From a virus, in IMG/VR virus record IMGVR_UViG_3300028844_003737, positions 10,388 to 74,387 of that record: a DNA stretch of 64,000 bases; one strand, written 5' to 3'. The notes under the pieces were generated by a model, which was not told the DNA's origin, made no database searches, and was given only the letters and a program-made list of their open reading frames with translations. This document shows, piece by piece, positions 46,176 through 58,500 of this stretch (position 1 is its first letter; each line of letters starts with the position of its first letter). The translations under genes were made by a program, and so were the position numbers.

Positions 46176-49100
46176 AAAAAGAAACTGTTGTAAAAGTTCC
46201 TTTTCGTAAACTAAAACACATCCACCATATTTCAGATATACAGATTCGTAATCTAAAGCGACACAAAGAGTATGAACAAGTATTTGAAAGAACATACGAA
46301 GAAGTAAGAAAAAATAAAGATAATGCCGTAGTCTATATCGGTGGTGATATAGCTCATTCAAAAACCGAAATGTCACCTGAATTAGTCGACCAGTTATCTA
46401 GATTATTTAAAAATCTCGCAGACATCTGCCCTACAATATTGATTGCTGGTAATCACGATTGTAATTTAAATAATATGTCTAGAATGGATGTCCTTTCTCC
46501 AATCGTAAATAATTTACGCCATCCCAATTTACATTACCTCAAACGTAGTGGAATCTACAAATGTGCTGATGTAAAATTTGTCGTATGGGATGTATGGGAA
46601 AAGGAAGATGACTATATTGAGGCTAAAGATGTTGAAGGTGAAACAAAAATAGTTCTCTTTCACGGAACAGTGGATAAGTCAGAAACAGACTTGGGTTTTC
46701 ATTTACCATCTGATGTGAAAATATCTAAGTTCAAAGGTTATGATTTGGGGCTGCTTGGAGATATCCACAAAAGACAGCACCTAGATAAAAAAGAAACTAT
46801 ATCCTATTGTGGTAGTTTGGTTCAACAGAACCACGGAGAAGGACTTTCGCATGGTTATTTATTATGGGATGTAGCAAAGAGAACATCTGAGTACATAGAA
46901 ATACCGAATGACTACGGCTATTATACAATTGATATTGAAGATGGTAAGGTGCCTGATTGTCACGATATACCTAAGAAGGCTCGATTGAGAGTTAGGGTAT
47001 CTAACACCACACCATCACAGCTAAAGAAAGCTATGACTTTGATTCATAGTACTTATGGTGTAAAGGAAGTATCTATTACAAAAACAGATTCTCTAACATC
47101 ACAAGACAAAGTCAGAGGACAACATATAGCAGTAGGTAATGTGAGAGATGCTGACTATCAGTATGGATTGATAGAAGAGTATTTGAAAACAAATCATTAT
47201 GTAGATGATAATACTTTACTTGATATCAAAAAAATAAATAAAGAACTAAACACGATACTTCCAGCAGACAATGTTCAGAGAGGTGTGACTTGGGAAGTAA
47301 AAAAGTTTGAATTTTCAAATATGTTTTCATACGGAGAAGATAATGTAGTTGACTTCACCAAACTAAATGGTATCGTAGGTATATTTGCTCCAAATGCTAG
47401 TGGTAAATCTTCTTTATTAGATGCTCTTTCGTTTTGTTTATTTGACACATCATCTAGAGCTTATAAAGCTCTCAATGTTTTGAATAGTAAAAAGAGTACT
47501 TTCTATTGTAAAGCTACAATTGAAGTTGATGGTTGTGAATATTATATTGAAAGAAAAGCTAAAAAGTTAAGAAGTGGTCACGTAAAAGTTGATGTAGACT
47601 TTTGGACAACTGATGATGCTGGTGATAAACTTTCTATGAACGGAGACCAAAGACGAACTACTGATGTAAACATTCGTAAGGTTATTGGAACTTATGATGA
47701 CTTTATAATGACAGCACTTTCTCTACAAACAAACTCAACTGTATTTATTGACAAGACACAAAAAGAAAGAAAAGACTTGCTTGCACAATTTATGGGTATT
47801 GGTGTATTTGACCAACTTTATAATTTAGCTGCTGACGAAATATCTGATGTGAGTTCTCTACTAAAATCTTTTAAGAATAATAACTATGATAGAGAATTAG
47901 CAGATATAAAAGAATCTTTAGTTGATTTTAGAGCTAATTCAAGATCTTTATCTAAAGAAAAAAATGAAAACATTATTGATAAAAAAGAAGTAGATAAGTC
48001 AATAATATCATTGACAAAGAAACTAAAGAAAGTAGACACATCAGCTTTAAATATTTCTGAGTTAGAAGAAGAAAAGGCTAAATTATCATCTGAGTTAGAT
48101 AACGCTAATGATAAAGTTGGGAAGTTGAAAACTCTATCAGAACAATACAAGGTAGAAGAGACAGAACTAAACGAAAAGATAAGCATCTATAAAGAAAATG
48201 AGATTGATAAAAAGTTTGCCCAATTGGAACAGTATACTTTAGAAAAGGGTAACAATCAAATTGAAATAGATAAACTAAAAATAGAAGTACATAACAAACT
48301 TGACAAAATAAATAAATTAGGTAATTTAGAATATGATCCTGATTGTTCTTATTGTATGAGTAATCCATTTACGTTGGATGCTATGGAAACTGAAAAGAAA
48401 TTGAATCAAGATAAAAAATTAGCTGATAAATTTATCAAAGAATCAGATAAATTAGAAACTATAATAAATGGTCTTTCTCATATAACATCACATAAACAGC
48501 AAATGGATGAGTGTATACAGCAATTTAGTTTACTAACTTCTAATATCAGTAAAGTAGATAGTGACGAAAAGTTGACTATTGAAAGAAAGAAAAATCTAAT
48601 TAGCCAATTAGCAATTACAGAAGATAAAATAAACTTATATCACGAACAAGAAAAAGATATACAATATAATATTGGTTTACAAAAAGAAATAGAAGCTATA
48701 GAATTGGAATCGGAAGAGTTAGAACATACTATAGAAGAGTTGGATAAAAAATTACAATCTGTAAATGGTGAGATAAAGGTATTAGAAACTAATCGTAAAA
48801 ATATATTATCTAATATCAAAAAGGTAGAGGAATTAGAAGATAAGTATGCTGCTTATCAATATTATATGGATGCTGTAAAAAGAGATGGTATTCCATATGA
48901 GTTGATATCAAAAGCACTTCCAACAATTGAGGGTGCTGTAAATGATATCCTATCTCAAATTGTAGACTTTTCTATGATATTAGAAATGGATGGTAAAAAT
49001 ATAAATTGCTATATAGTATATGATGATGATAATGTATGGCCTTTAGAACTATCTAGCGGTATGGAACGATTTATATCATCTTTAGCTATGCGTGTGGGAT

Positions 49101-49327
49101 TGATAAATGTATCTAACCTACCAGCACCTAACTTCTTAGCAATCGATGAAGGTTGGGGAACTATGGATTCGGATAATCTAAATTCTGTTTATAATCTATT
49201 TCAGTATCTAAAGTCGCAATTTCAATTTACAATGATTGTATCTCATATAGATTCTATGAGAGATGCTGTAGATACCTTATTAGAAATAAAAAAAGAAAAT
49301 ACCTTTTCTAACGTGCATTTCGACTAG
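46172..49327 (+). CDS. Mre11/SbcD-Rad50/SbcC fusion (gp47-gp46-like recombination nuclease/ATPase)
   Basis: ISDIQ, GGDIAH, GNHD, GDIH phosphoesterase motifs; APNASGKS Walker A; CSYC zinc hook; SSGME signature; IDEGWG; VSH. Confidence 0.93.
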   Translation: MKKETVVKVPFRKLKHIHHISDIQIRNLKRHKEYEQVFERTYEEVRKNKDNAVVYIGGDIAHSKTEMSPELVDQLSRLFKNLADICPTILIAGNHDCNLNNMSRMDVLSPIVNNLRHPNLHYLKRSGIYKCADVKFVVWDVWEKEDDYIEAKDVEGETKIVLFHGTVDKSETDLGFHLPSDVKISKFKGYDLGLLGDIHKRQHLDKKETISYCGSLVQQNHGEGLSHGYLLWDVAKRTSEYIEIPNDYGYYTIDIEDGKVPDCHDIPKKARLRVRVSNTTPSQLKKAMTLIHSTYGVKEVSITKTDSLTSQDKVRGQHIAVGNVRDADYQYGLIEEYLKTNHYVDDNTLLDIKKINKELNTILPADNVQRGVTWEVKKFEFSNMFSYGEDNVVDFTKLNGIVGIFAPNASGKSSLLDALSFCLFDTSSRAYKALNVLNSKKSTFYCKATIEVDGCEYYIERKAKKLRSGHVKVDVDFWTTDDAGDKLSMNGDQRRTTDVNIRKVIGTYDDFIMTALSLQTNSTVFIDKTQKERKDLLAQFMGIGVFDQLYNLAADEISDVSSLLKSFKNNNYDRELADIKESLVDFRANSRSLSKEKNENIIDKKEVDKSIISLTKKLKKVDTSALNISELEEEKAKLSSELDNANDKVGKLKTLSEQYKVEETELNEKISIYKENEIDKKFAQLEQYTLEKGNNQIEIDKLKIEVHNKLDKINKLGNLEYDPDCSYCMSNPFTLDAMETEKKLNQDKKLADKFIKESDKLETIINGLSHITSHKQQMDECIQQFSLLTSNISKVDSDEKLTIERKKNLISQLAITEDKINLYHEQEKDIQYNIGLQKEIEAIELESEELEHTIEELDKKLQSVNGEIKVLETNRKNILSNIKKVEELEDKYAAYQYYMDAVKRDGIPYELISKALPTIEGAVNDILSQIVDFSMILEMDGKNINCYIVYDDDNVWPLELSSGMERFISSLAMRVGLINVSNLPAPNFLAIDEGWGTMDSDNLNSVYNLFQYLKSQFQFTMIVSHIDSMRDAVDTLLEIKKENTFSNVHFD

Positions 49328-49484
49328 ACGAATACATTATATTTTTTGGTTTAGTTTCACCACGCTTTAGACTTAGTATATACTGATTCAAAATAGCACT
49401 CATACTAGTACTTTCTCCTTTAGCATAGACTCTAAGCCATTCCATTAGTGATTCTTCTATAGTAAAAGAATATTTCTTTTTCAT
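49308..49484 (-). CDS. ribbon-helix-helix (CopG/Arc-like) DNA-binding protein, 58 aa, not in ORF track
   Basis: MKKKYSFTIEESLMEWLRVYAKGESTSMSAILNQYILSL...; RBS AAGGAG; TATTTATT upstream on minus strand. Confidence 0.75.
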   Translation of the reverse strand: MKKKYSFTIEESLMEWLRVYAKGESTSMSAILNQYILSLKRGETKPKNIMYSSSRNAR

Positions 49485-49565
49485 ACCGATAATCTCCTTA
49501 GTTTGTATATATAATAAATACTATTTTTTTAAGATTTTATATTTATTACTATATCGGAAAACTGA

Positions 49566-52500
49566 ATGAGCATTACTAAAAAATACAACAAACCCCACGA
49601 ATTAGATGAATTAGATGTATTGATTGATGATAGAGATAAATCTCAACACATCATCATTACTGATATGCCTGAGAGTCTCCCACAAGGAAAGAGTTCTTTT
49701 CTTATAGAGACAGGTCCTTATATGAAGGATGGTGTAGAAATTCTTATAGACTTCATTGATTCAGAAGGAAACTCAATTTATTCAGAACCTATATCAGAAT
49801 ATCTTGAAGGAACTTCTAGAAGAATAACAGTAGAAATATACGATGATACTGCTCCTGGCGTTGCTAATCTGATAATTGTAGGTGAGTTAGATTCTGTACC
49901 TACTGATCTTGGATTATTTAGTGATGTCGAAGAAGTACCTGATGAGTTCAAAGGTGCTTATAATGTTAGATTGACTCGTGAGGTCATAATAAATTCAGCT
50001 GCTGTAAATACACAGCCTATTAGATTTTGGAATGCTCCTAAAATATCAATAGCTGAAAAAAGATTTGGTACATTAGTTAGAACCGAAACTACTAGCTCTA
50101 TATCAACACCATCGTTTACAATAGAAGGTAGACCAACCGATGGATTTGAATTCAAAGAGATATCACAAAACGAGCCAGCACAAGGTTCAATTGCTGAACA
50201 AGATAAAATATTAGAAGATTTTAAACCAGTAGATAAAACAAGAGAAATTACAAAGCAAAGAAAAAAACTAAAATCAAAAAAAGGAAAACGAAAGTCAAAA
50301 TTTGGTAGACGAATTGGTCAGATTTCTAAAAGAAGCTCTCCTGAAGAATTTCCATATAGCTATAAAAGTGATGGTAAATTTCTAAGTAAACATATAGGCG
50401 GTAAGCTGGTATTTGATAGTATAGATACTAGTATTTATAGTGATGAACAACTAAAAGAATATGGGATTGAAGTTCCATCTCTAACCAACAAGCATACAAG
50501 TTCTTTAGACGAAGTAATAAATTCAAGTACATCACTTGTCTCAAAACCATTTTCAGTACCTGCTGTTGGTAGAGAAAGTAGTGAAATAATCTTACCATTC
50601 AAAGGTACTGCTCATATAGAATTTGAGGCCGAACCAACACAATCTTATAATGTTGCGAACATCATATCTTATGCTGATGTAACATTGAGCAACCTCAGAG
50701 TATTTTCAGGCGATGTATATAAAGCAAAGGTTATGGTTAGAAGTGAGGGTTCTTTTGATGATTTCAAAACTTTAGCAGAAATGCCAGTAGAATCATCTGA
50801 GTTGTTAGTGGATAAAACTTCAATCGGTGAGGGAATAAGAACTGGATATTTTGAGAATATAGCAGACATCACTAATTATTGGGAAAAGTTCGGTGGTACG
50901 AATGGTACACAATCAAGCACATCTGAAGTATTTACATATGATAATGATGTATTATTAGACGCAGTTTATCTTTCAGGAAGCTTAGATACCTTTGGTAATC
51001 AATTAAGGTTTCAACAAAAAAGTGATTATAAATTTAACTTGGTTGCTGGTTTAGATTATACTATATCATTTATTGCTTGTGGTAAAAAGGGTATAAGTAA
51101 TACAGCAACATTGCTTCCCTACATTTCAGGTTCATCATCATACCAAAAGACAAATCAACAATTCATTGATGAGACATCTCAGACTGTATTAGAAGAACCT
51201 GCTCAATATGGTAGAAGGTTGGGAAGCTTGGAAATGAATAGTAGTGATGATACTGAAAAAGATTTTGGTTTAGTAAAACATCAATTTACTGCTGATAAAG
51301 ATGGTGATGCTATTTTACAATTTAGAGTTCTTGATGGTTCTTGGTACATATCTGATGTGTCTATAAAACCATCTCAAGATACTGGATTCTCCCCGTCTCT
51401 ATTTCAGTTCTTACAAGAAATGCCAAAAGAGTATCAACATAAAAGACCCGAAACTTTTGAATTTTTAGTAGAGTTTTATGATGCTAATAATAATATTGCT
51501 GATTCTATTGCATTCAATACCGGCTCTGTATTCGATGGAAGTAATATAGTAATAAGCGGTAACGATAATATTCAAAGTGGTGATATGTTTTTAGGTGGGG
51601 ATACTACTGGAAGTGGTATACATTTTGGAGGAGTGGATTCAAAGCTACCTGAAACAGGCGGAGATGGAGCAGAAGGCTCAGGCTTTATTCGTTCTATAGG
51701 ATATCAAGGATTTACAAGTGCTTCAAATGATTCACTTGGTGGAACTGCTGGATTTATGATTTACAGTGGTTCTGTTTTACCAGATAGTGGAGAAAACTAT
51801 GCTGGTGTTGGTTTAGAATTAGTTGCTAAAAGTGGTTCTTTAAAATTCAGAACGAATCCATCAGTATTTGATGTTAGGGCTGACTCATTTTTCGTAGGAA
51901 AAACTACCACACAATTCCTAAGTGGTTCAGGTGGAAATGTGGAAATAAGTTCGAGTAACTTTCACCTAACGCCTGAAGGTAATGTTACTATGAGTGGTAC
52001 AATTACTGCTGAGGCTGGATTTTTAGGAAACTTTTCAATAGACGATGGCAGAATTAGTGGTAGTAATATTACTATGGATGCTAATAACTCGACTATATTC
52101 AAATCAGACCAAGGTCCAGGTAGTGATTCTTCAGCTGCTTTTCCTGAGTTACGAAACGAATATTATTTAGATTTCTCTCCTACAGTAGAAAATCCTGATA
52201 ACTTTTTTGTAAAATTTGGTCCTAACTTTATGGTTGATAAAGATGGAATTCTTATTGCTAGTGGCGCTCAATTTGAGGGAAGTATAACTGCTAGTAGTGG
52301 AATGATAGGTGGATTTCAAATAAGTAGTGCTTCTTTATTTTCTGATAATTTTTTTATAAGTGGTTCTGCTACTGGTAATGACAAATTTATATCTACAAGT
52401 AATTTTAATGTAAAGGCGAGTGGGGATATTACAGGCTCTAAAGTTCTCTTTACTGGTGGTAAGATTGCTGGATTTGATATTAGTGGAACTAAGTTACAAC

Positions 52501-55500
52501 AAGGAACATCATTCAATTTAGATGGTGCTTCTAGTGCTACATACTTTATATCATCTTCTAATTTTCAAGTTACTCCAAGCGGAGAAGTAAGTGGTTCAGA
52601 GGTTCTTTTTACTGGTGGTAAAATAGGTGGATTTGTAGTAGGCTCCGGCTCACTAAAAAATATTGAAAATTCAATAGAATTAGATAGTGCTTTGCCTGGA
52701 TTTAGAGTAAGAGATGGTGGTGGTACAAGTAGAGTAGAAGTAAAATCTGGTTCATTATCAACTGTTGGTGGTGGCGCACAATATATAGGTAATAAAAGTT
52801 TTGAGGATGATTCCATATCTGCTGGTAGAAATGTAGTAGCAACTGCCACAAGTTGGTCTTTTGCTCTTACTGGAAAGGTTAGTGCTAGTCTAACTGATAG
52901 AAGTGGATTTGCTGATGATGATAAAGCAGTAAGTGGTGACAATACTCTTGATATGGTTGTACCTGCTGGAGCTGCTAGTTATGCTTCGAACAACCAATAT
53001 GAAATAACACAGGTTATAACTTCATCTTTTACAGCTGGCGATGTACTTTCATTTAGTTCTGTTGCTCGTTTTAGTTCATCATTTGGTGGTAGAGGAAAGG
53101 ACAGAGCATTAGGTCCTCAGTATTTTAGATTAGAATATTATAATGGTTCTACATATGTTCCGTTTTTACCACAAGCAAACTTTACTTCTTCAAATGGATT
53201 TGGAGAATACTTTTTAGGTAGTGGACAATACAATAGTTTTGGTGCTAGTGCTGAGTTACCAGCAGATGCCACCTTTGTAAAAGTTAGATTGAGTGGTTCT
53301 ATAAATGATGATACTGGATTTACTATTGAAAAGCCATTGTTTGTCGGTGCTAAAGGAACTGTAGATTCTTCACTTAGTGGGAAAAAATTTAAAAAGACAG
53401 TAAAGGGAAGTGCTACAGCAGAGTTTCCTGAAACAGAACTTACTTGGGATAACTTTTCGGTTCGTAGTAATAGAAGAAGAGTAGAACTTACAGACCAAGG
53501 TTTATTAATTTATAATTCAGAAGATAGTTTCTTCAAAATGGATTCTACTGGTATTGAGTATAGAGGTGGAAGTGGCTTGGCTAGTTTCGGGCAATCTATA
53601 AACAGAGAATCATTTACAAACGATAGTCAAGTTGCGGGTACTCTTGGTGCTCCAGCAATACAGGCATATAACGCAGATCCTGAAGATATAGGAACAGTTG
53701 CTTCAGATGGTAATGTTGGTGACTTCGCTAAGGGAAATCACGTACATAGAATTACTGGAGCAACAATAAATAGTGCTCTAAATGGAACAACACTAAATAA
53801 TTCAATATTTGGTGGAACTTTCAGTAGTACTGTTAGTGGATATATAACTGGTTCTTGGTCATCACAATATTTCAATACATTATCTGCAGCTAGAATTACA
53901 GGCTCATTTACTTCTTTGTCACAATCATTAGCTGCTCGTATTACAACCGAAGAAGCTGAAACAGGAGACATAACGGCGGTTACTGCTGGTGATGGACTTA
54001 CTGGTGGTGGTAGTTCTGGTGATGTTACATTGAATGTCGTTGGTGGAACTGGAATAACTGCTAATGCTAATGAAATAACAACCACAGATAGTGAGATTGT
54101 TCACGATAATCTAAGTGGATTTGTTCCTAACGAACATGTAGATCACTCTTCAGTTTCAATAACTGCTGGTACTGGATTGACTGGTGGTGGAACAATTGCT
54201 TCTACAAGAACATTAGCAGTAGACTTTACAGACTCTACATTGAAATCAAATATTAGTGGTTCACTATCAGCTGAAGCTATAAGAGCATTAGGTGCGGGTA
54301 TCTTATCAGGTTCTGCTGGATCGATGAGTAGTTTCAATATTACAGATGGTTCAACTTCACAAACAATTGCTGATGGTAATAATTTAACATTTGCTGCTGG
54401 AGAAGGAATAGATGTAGCAGTAAGTGCTACGGATACAGTTACATTTTCTGGTGAAGATGCTACTACAAGTAACAAAGGTGTTGCTTCATTTAGTTCTGAT
54501 AACTTTAGTGTATCCAGTGGTGCTGTTACAATAAAAAATGGTGGAGTAGCAAATGTAGAATTAGCAAACGATTCTGTTACTGTTACTGCTGGTGACGGAT
54601 TAAAAACAGGCGGAGAGGTAGATTTAGGAAGTTCGGTAACATTAGATATTGATGTAAGTGATTTTGCTGGAACAGGACTAAAGGATGAAGGTTCTGAAAA
54701 TTTAGGAATAGATTTTTCAGATTCTACATTCAGAACAAATATTAGTGGTTCTTTTACAGCACCAAGTGCTTCATTTAGTACTAGAGTAACTGCTAATAAA
54801 ACAAAATTAGATACTATTGAAACAAATGCTACTGCTGACCAAACTAATGCTGAGATTAGAACTGCTGTTGAAGCTGCTAGTGATTCTAATGTCTTTACTG
54901 ATGCTGACCACACAAAACTAAACGCCATAGAGGCGAGTGCCGATGTTACAGATACAGCAAATGTTACAGCTGCTGGTGCTCTAATGGACTCTGAGCTAAG
55001 TTCTATTGCTGATGTAAAGGCTTTAGACCAATCGGTAGTTAGTGGTGCTTCACCAACATTCGGTACTGCTAATTTTACAGACGCATCAAATAAGAGATTA
55101 ATGACAGATGCTCAAGAAACTAAATTAGACTCAGTTGAAAGTAGTGCTGATGTAACTGATACTGCTAACGTAACTTCAGCTGGTGCTTTAATGGATTCTG
55201 AATTGAGTTCTATTGCTGATGTAAAGGCTTTAGACCAATCAGTAATTAGTGGCGCTTCTCCTACATTTGGTACTGCTAATTTTACAGACGCATCAAACAA
55301 AAGGCTTATGACAGATGCTCAAGAAACCAAATTGGACTCAGTTGAAAGTAATGCTGATGTAACCGATACATCAAATGTTACAAGTGCTGGTGCTCTAATG
55401 GATTCAGAAGTTACAAATTTATCTTTTGTAAAAGGGCTAGCTTCTGGTATTTCTAACGGAAATGTTTTAGTTGCTAATTCTGTAGTAGCTGATAATGATT

Positions 55501-58500
55501 TCTTAAAAATTGATGGAACATCTGTTGAGGGTAGAACAGCTGCCGAAGTAAGAAGTGACTTAGGTATAGAAGCTGGTGCTACTGCTGACCAAAGTAATGC
55601 AGAAATTAGAGCTGCAGTTGAAGCGGCTACTGATTCCAATGTTTTTACGGATGATGACCATACAAAATTAAATGCGATAGAAGCTAGTGCTGATGTAACT
55701 GATACTGCTAATGTAACATCTGCTGGTGCTCTGATGGATTCTGAACTAACATCTATTACTGATGTAAAAGCATTAGACCAATCAGTTGTTAGTGGAGCAA
55801 CACCATCATTTACCACTACTAATTTTACAGACGCTACTAACAAAAGACTGATGACAGACGCTCAAGAAACAAAATTAGATTCAGTTGAGAGTAGTGCTGA
55901 TGTAACAGATACAGCAAACGTAACAGCAGCTGGCGCTCTAATGGATTCTGAAGTTGATGCAGATATAAAAACTTTATCATTACCAGCAAGTACAACAATA
56001 TCAGCTTTTGGTAGAACTCTAATTGACGATGCTGCTGCGAGTAATGCTAGGACTACTTTAGGACTAGGAAGTATATCAACATTGAGTAGCATTGATATTT
56101 CAGCAAATACAAATTTAGCAGCTAGTACAGGTATCACACTTACAGGTGATACACTAACTACAAATGATGGAGAAATAGTTCATGATGATTTAAGTGGCTT
56201 TGTAGCAAATGAACATATAGACCACACAAGCGTAACACTAACTGCTGGTGATGGTTTGACTGGTGGTGGGACAATAGCCTCAAATAGAACTTTTGCCGTT
56301 GGTGCTGGAACTGGTGTTACTGTAAATGCTAATGATATAGCAATCGGTCAGGCAGTTGGAACAGGAAACTCACCGACATTTGCTGGTGGTACATTAGGAA
56401 ATATTAAAGTAGGTGTTACTGGCGATAATGAAATTGATACATCTTCTGGTAACCTTACAATAGATTCTGCTGGTGGAACAATCACAATGGATGATAATGT
56501 TGTTATTTCAGGTAATCTAACTGTATCTGGTACAGAGACAATTATTGATTCTACAACATTAAATGTTGCAGATAGAATTATAGAACTAAATGCTGGTGCT
56601 AACGATGGCGGACTTTTTGTAAAAGAAACAAGTGGTGGCAACGCTACAGGTTCATTACTATACGATGTTAGTGAAAACCGATGGGTTGCTGGTACAGTAG
56701 GAAGTACTACAAATATAGTGGGAACTTCAACAACTGATACACTTACAAACAAAACAATTAATGCGAGTAATAATACTTTATCAAATATAGCAAACTCATC
56801 ACTTTCAAATTCGACTGTAAATTTTGGTGGAATCACTGTAGCATTAGGTGCTTCAGACACAACTCCCGCATTTGATTTACAAGATGCAACAGGACTTCCG
56901 ATAGTTGATGGAACATCTGGTACACTTAGTGTTGCGAGGGGTGGTACAGGTGCTACATCGCTAGATAACTTAATTACCTTATCATCACATACTACTGGAA
57001 ACTATGTAGCAACAATTACTGGTGGTACTGGAATTGATTCCAATGGTGCTACTTCAGGAGAAGGTATAACACATAGCTTATCTTTAGACTTAAATGAATT
57101 AGGTACAGAAACAACTATAGCTCAAGCAGACTTTGTGGCTATGGTAGATGCAACAGACAATGGCTCACAAAAAATAACATTCAGTAATTTTGAAGATGAG
57201 ATATTTGGTAATGTTAGTGGTGATATTTTAATAGCTGCTGGTGGAGCAGCAACCATACAAGCAAATTCTGTTGCTTTAGGTACTGATACAACTGGTAATT
57301 ATGTGGGAACTCTAACTGGTGGAACTGGTATAACATCTACTGGTGCTACTTCAGGAGAAGGTATTGCACATTCAATATCTGTTGATTATGGCTCATCTTC
57401 AGGTACAGCAGTTCAAGGTAATGCTACTGCTACATTTACTGGAACTTCAAATGAAATTACAGTTTCAAATTCTTCTGCTCAAGCATTAGGTGGTAATATT
57501 GCTGTAACAATTGGATTGCCAGATAGCGTCACAATTACAGATAACCTAACAGTAAATGATGATATAACATTTGGTGACGGCGATACTTTAGGTACTAGTA
57601 CTTTCGTATCAGGTATAACTGGTGATGGATTTAGGGTACAAGATAATGGTTCAAATGGAACGCTTTTAGAAGTAGATAATATAGTAGTAAGAAATACACT
57701 AAGAACACATATATTCCAAAAAGATGTTGTCAAAGCAACTAATGGTATACTATTCGTATCAGACAGTGGTGTCGTATCAGGATCTTCTCAAAGTGGTGGT
57801 ACTGTTACATTTGATAATACTAAATCTGCTACTTTTTCTGATGATGATATATTGCTTTTCAAAGATGCGAATGATGCTGGAAATATAAATGCTGTACAAT
57901 TTCAAATAAATGGAAGTAAATCTACAAGTGGAGATTTTGATACATATAATGTTAATAATGTAGTAGGAGATTTAGATAATATAAATGTCGGTGGAACGGT
58001 TGCTAGAATAAATGGTGGTACAGTAACAATTGATGCTTCTTCACCAAACAGCCCTTTTATAGATGTAAACTCCTCAAGTGGTTCTGCTGTAGTGAGAACT
58101 GGTAATCTTGCTGGTGTAAGTTCTACTAGATTTGGTACGCTAAGTGGATTTGGGCTATGGGCTTCAGGTTCTGCTTATTTAGAGGGTGCTATAAATGCTA
58201 CAACTGGTAATATTGGTGGTTGGGGAATCAGTAATACTGCTATTAGTAGTTCAGATAATGGTGCTGGTGGTGTTTCTAATTTTATAATAGATGCTAGTAC
58301 GAAAAGACTTACAATAAATGACGATACTAATGATAGAATCTATATCGGTGAAGTTGATGGTGGAACAACTTACGGAATAAAAATATTTGATAATACTGGC
58401 GGAACATCTCCAGCCGATAGTGATATACTTGTAGAATTAGGCGAGGGTGGAAATACAATTGCTGGATGGACAATATCAACAGCTGCTATAACAAGTCCAT

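Noticed and set aside
54828-55960. CRISPR array or DGR template/variable repeat
   Set aside because: Repeats are in-frame coding units differing at third positions, not adenine-specific; no spacers, cas genes or reverse transcriptase in the window
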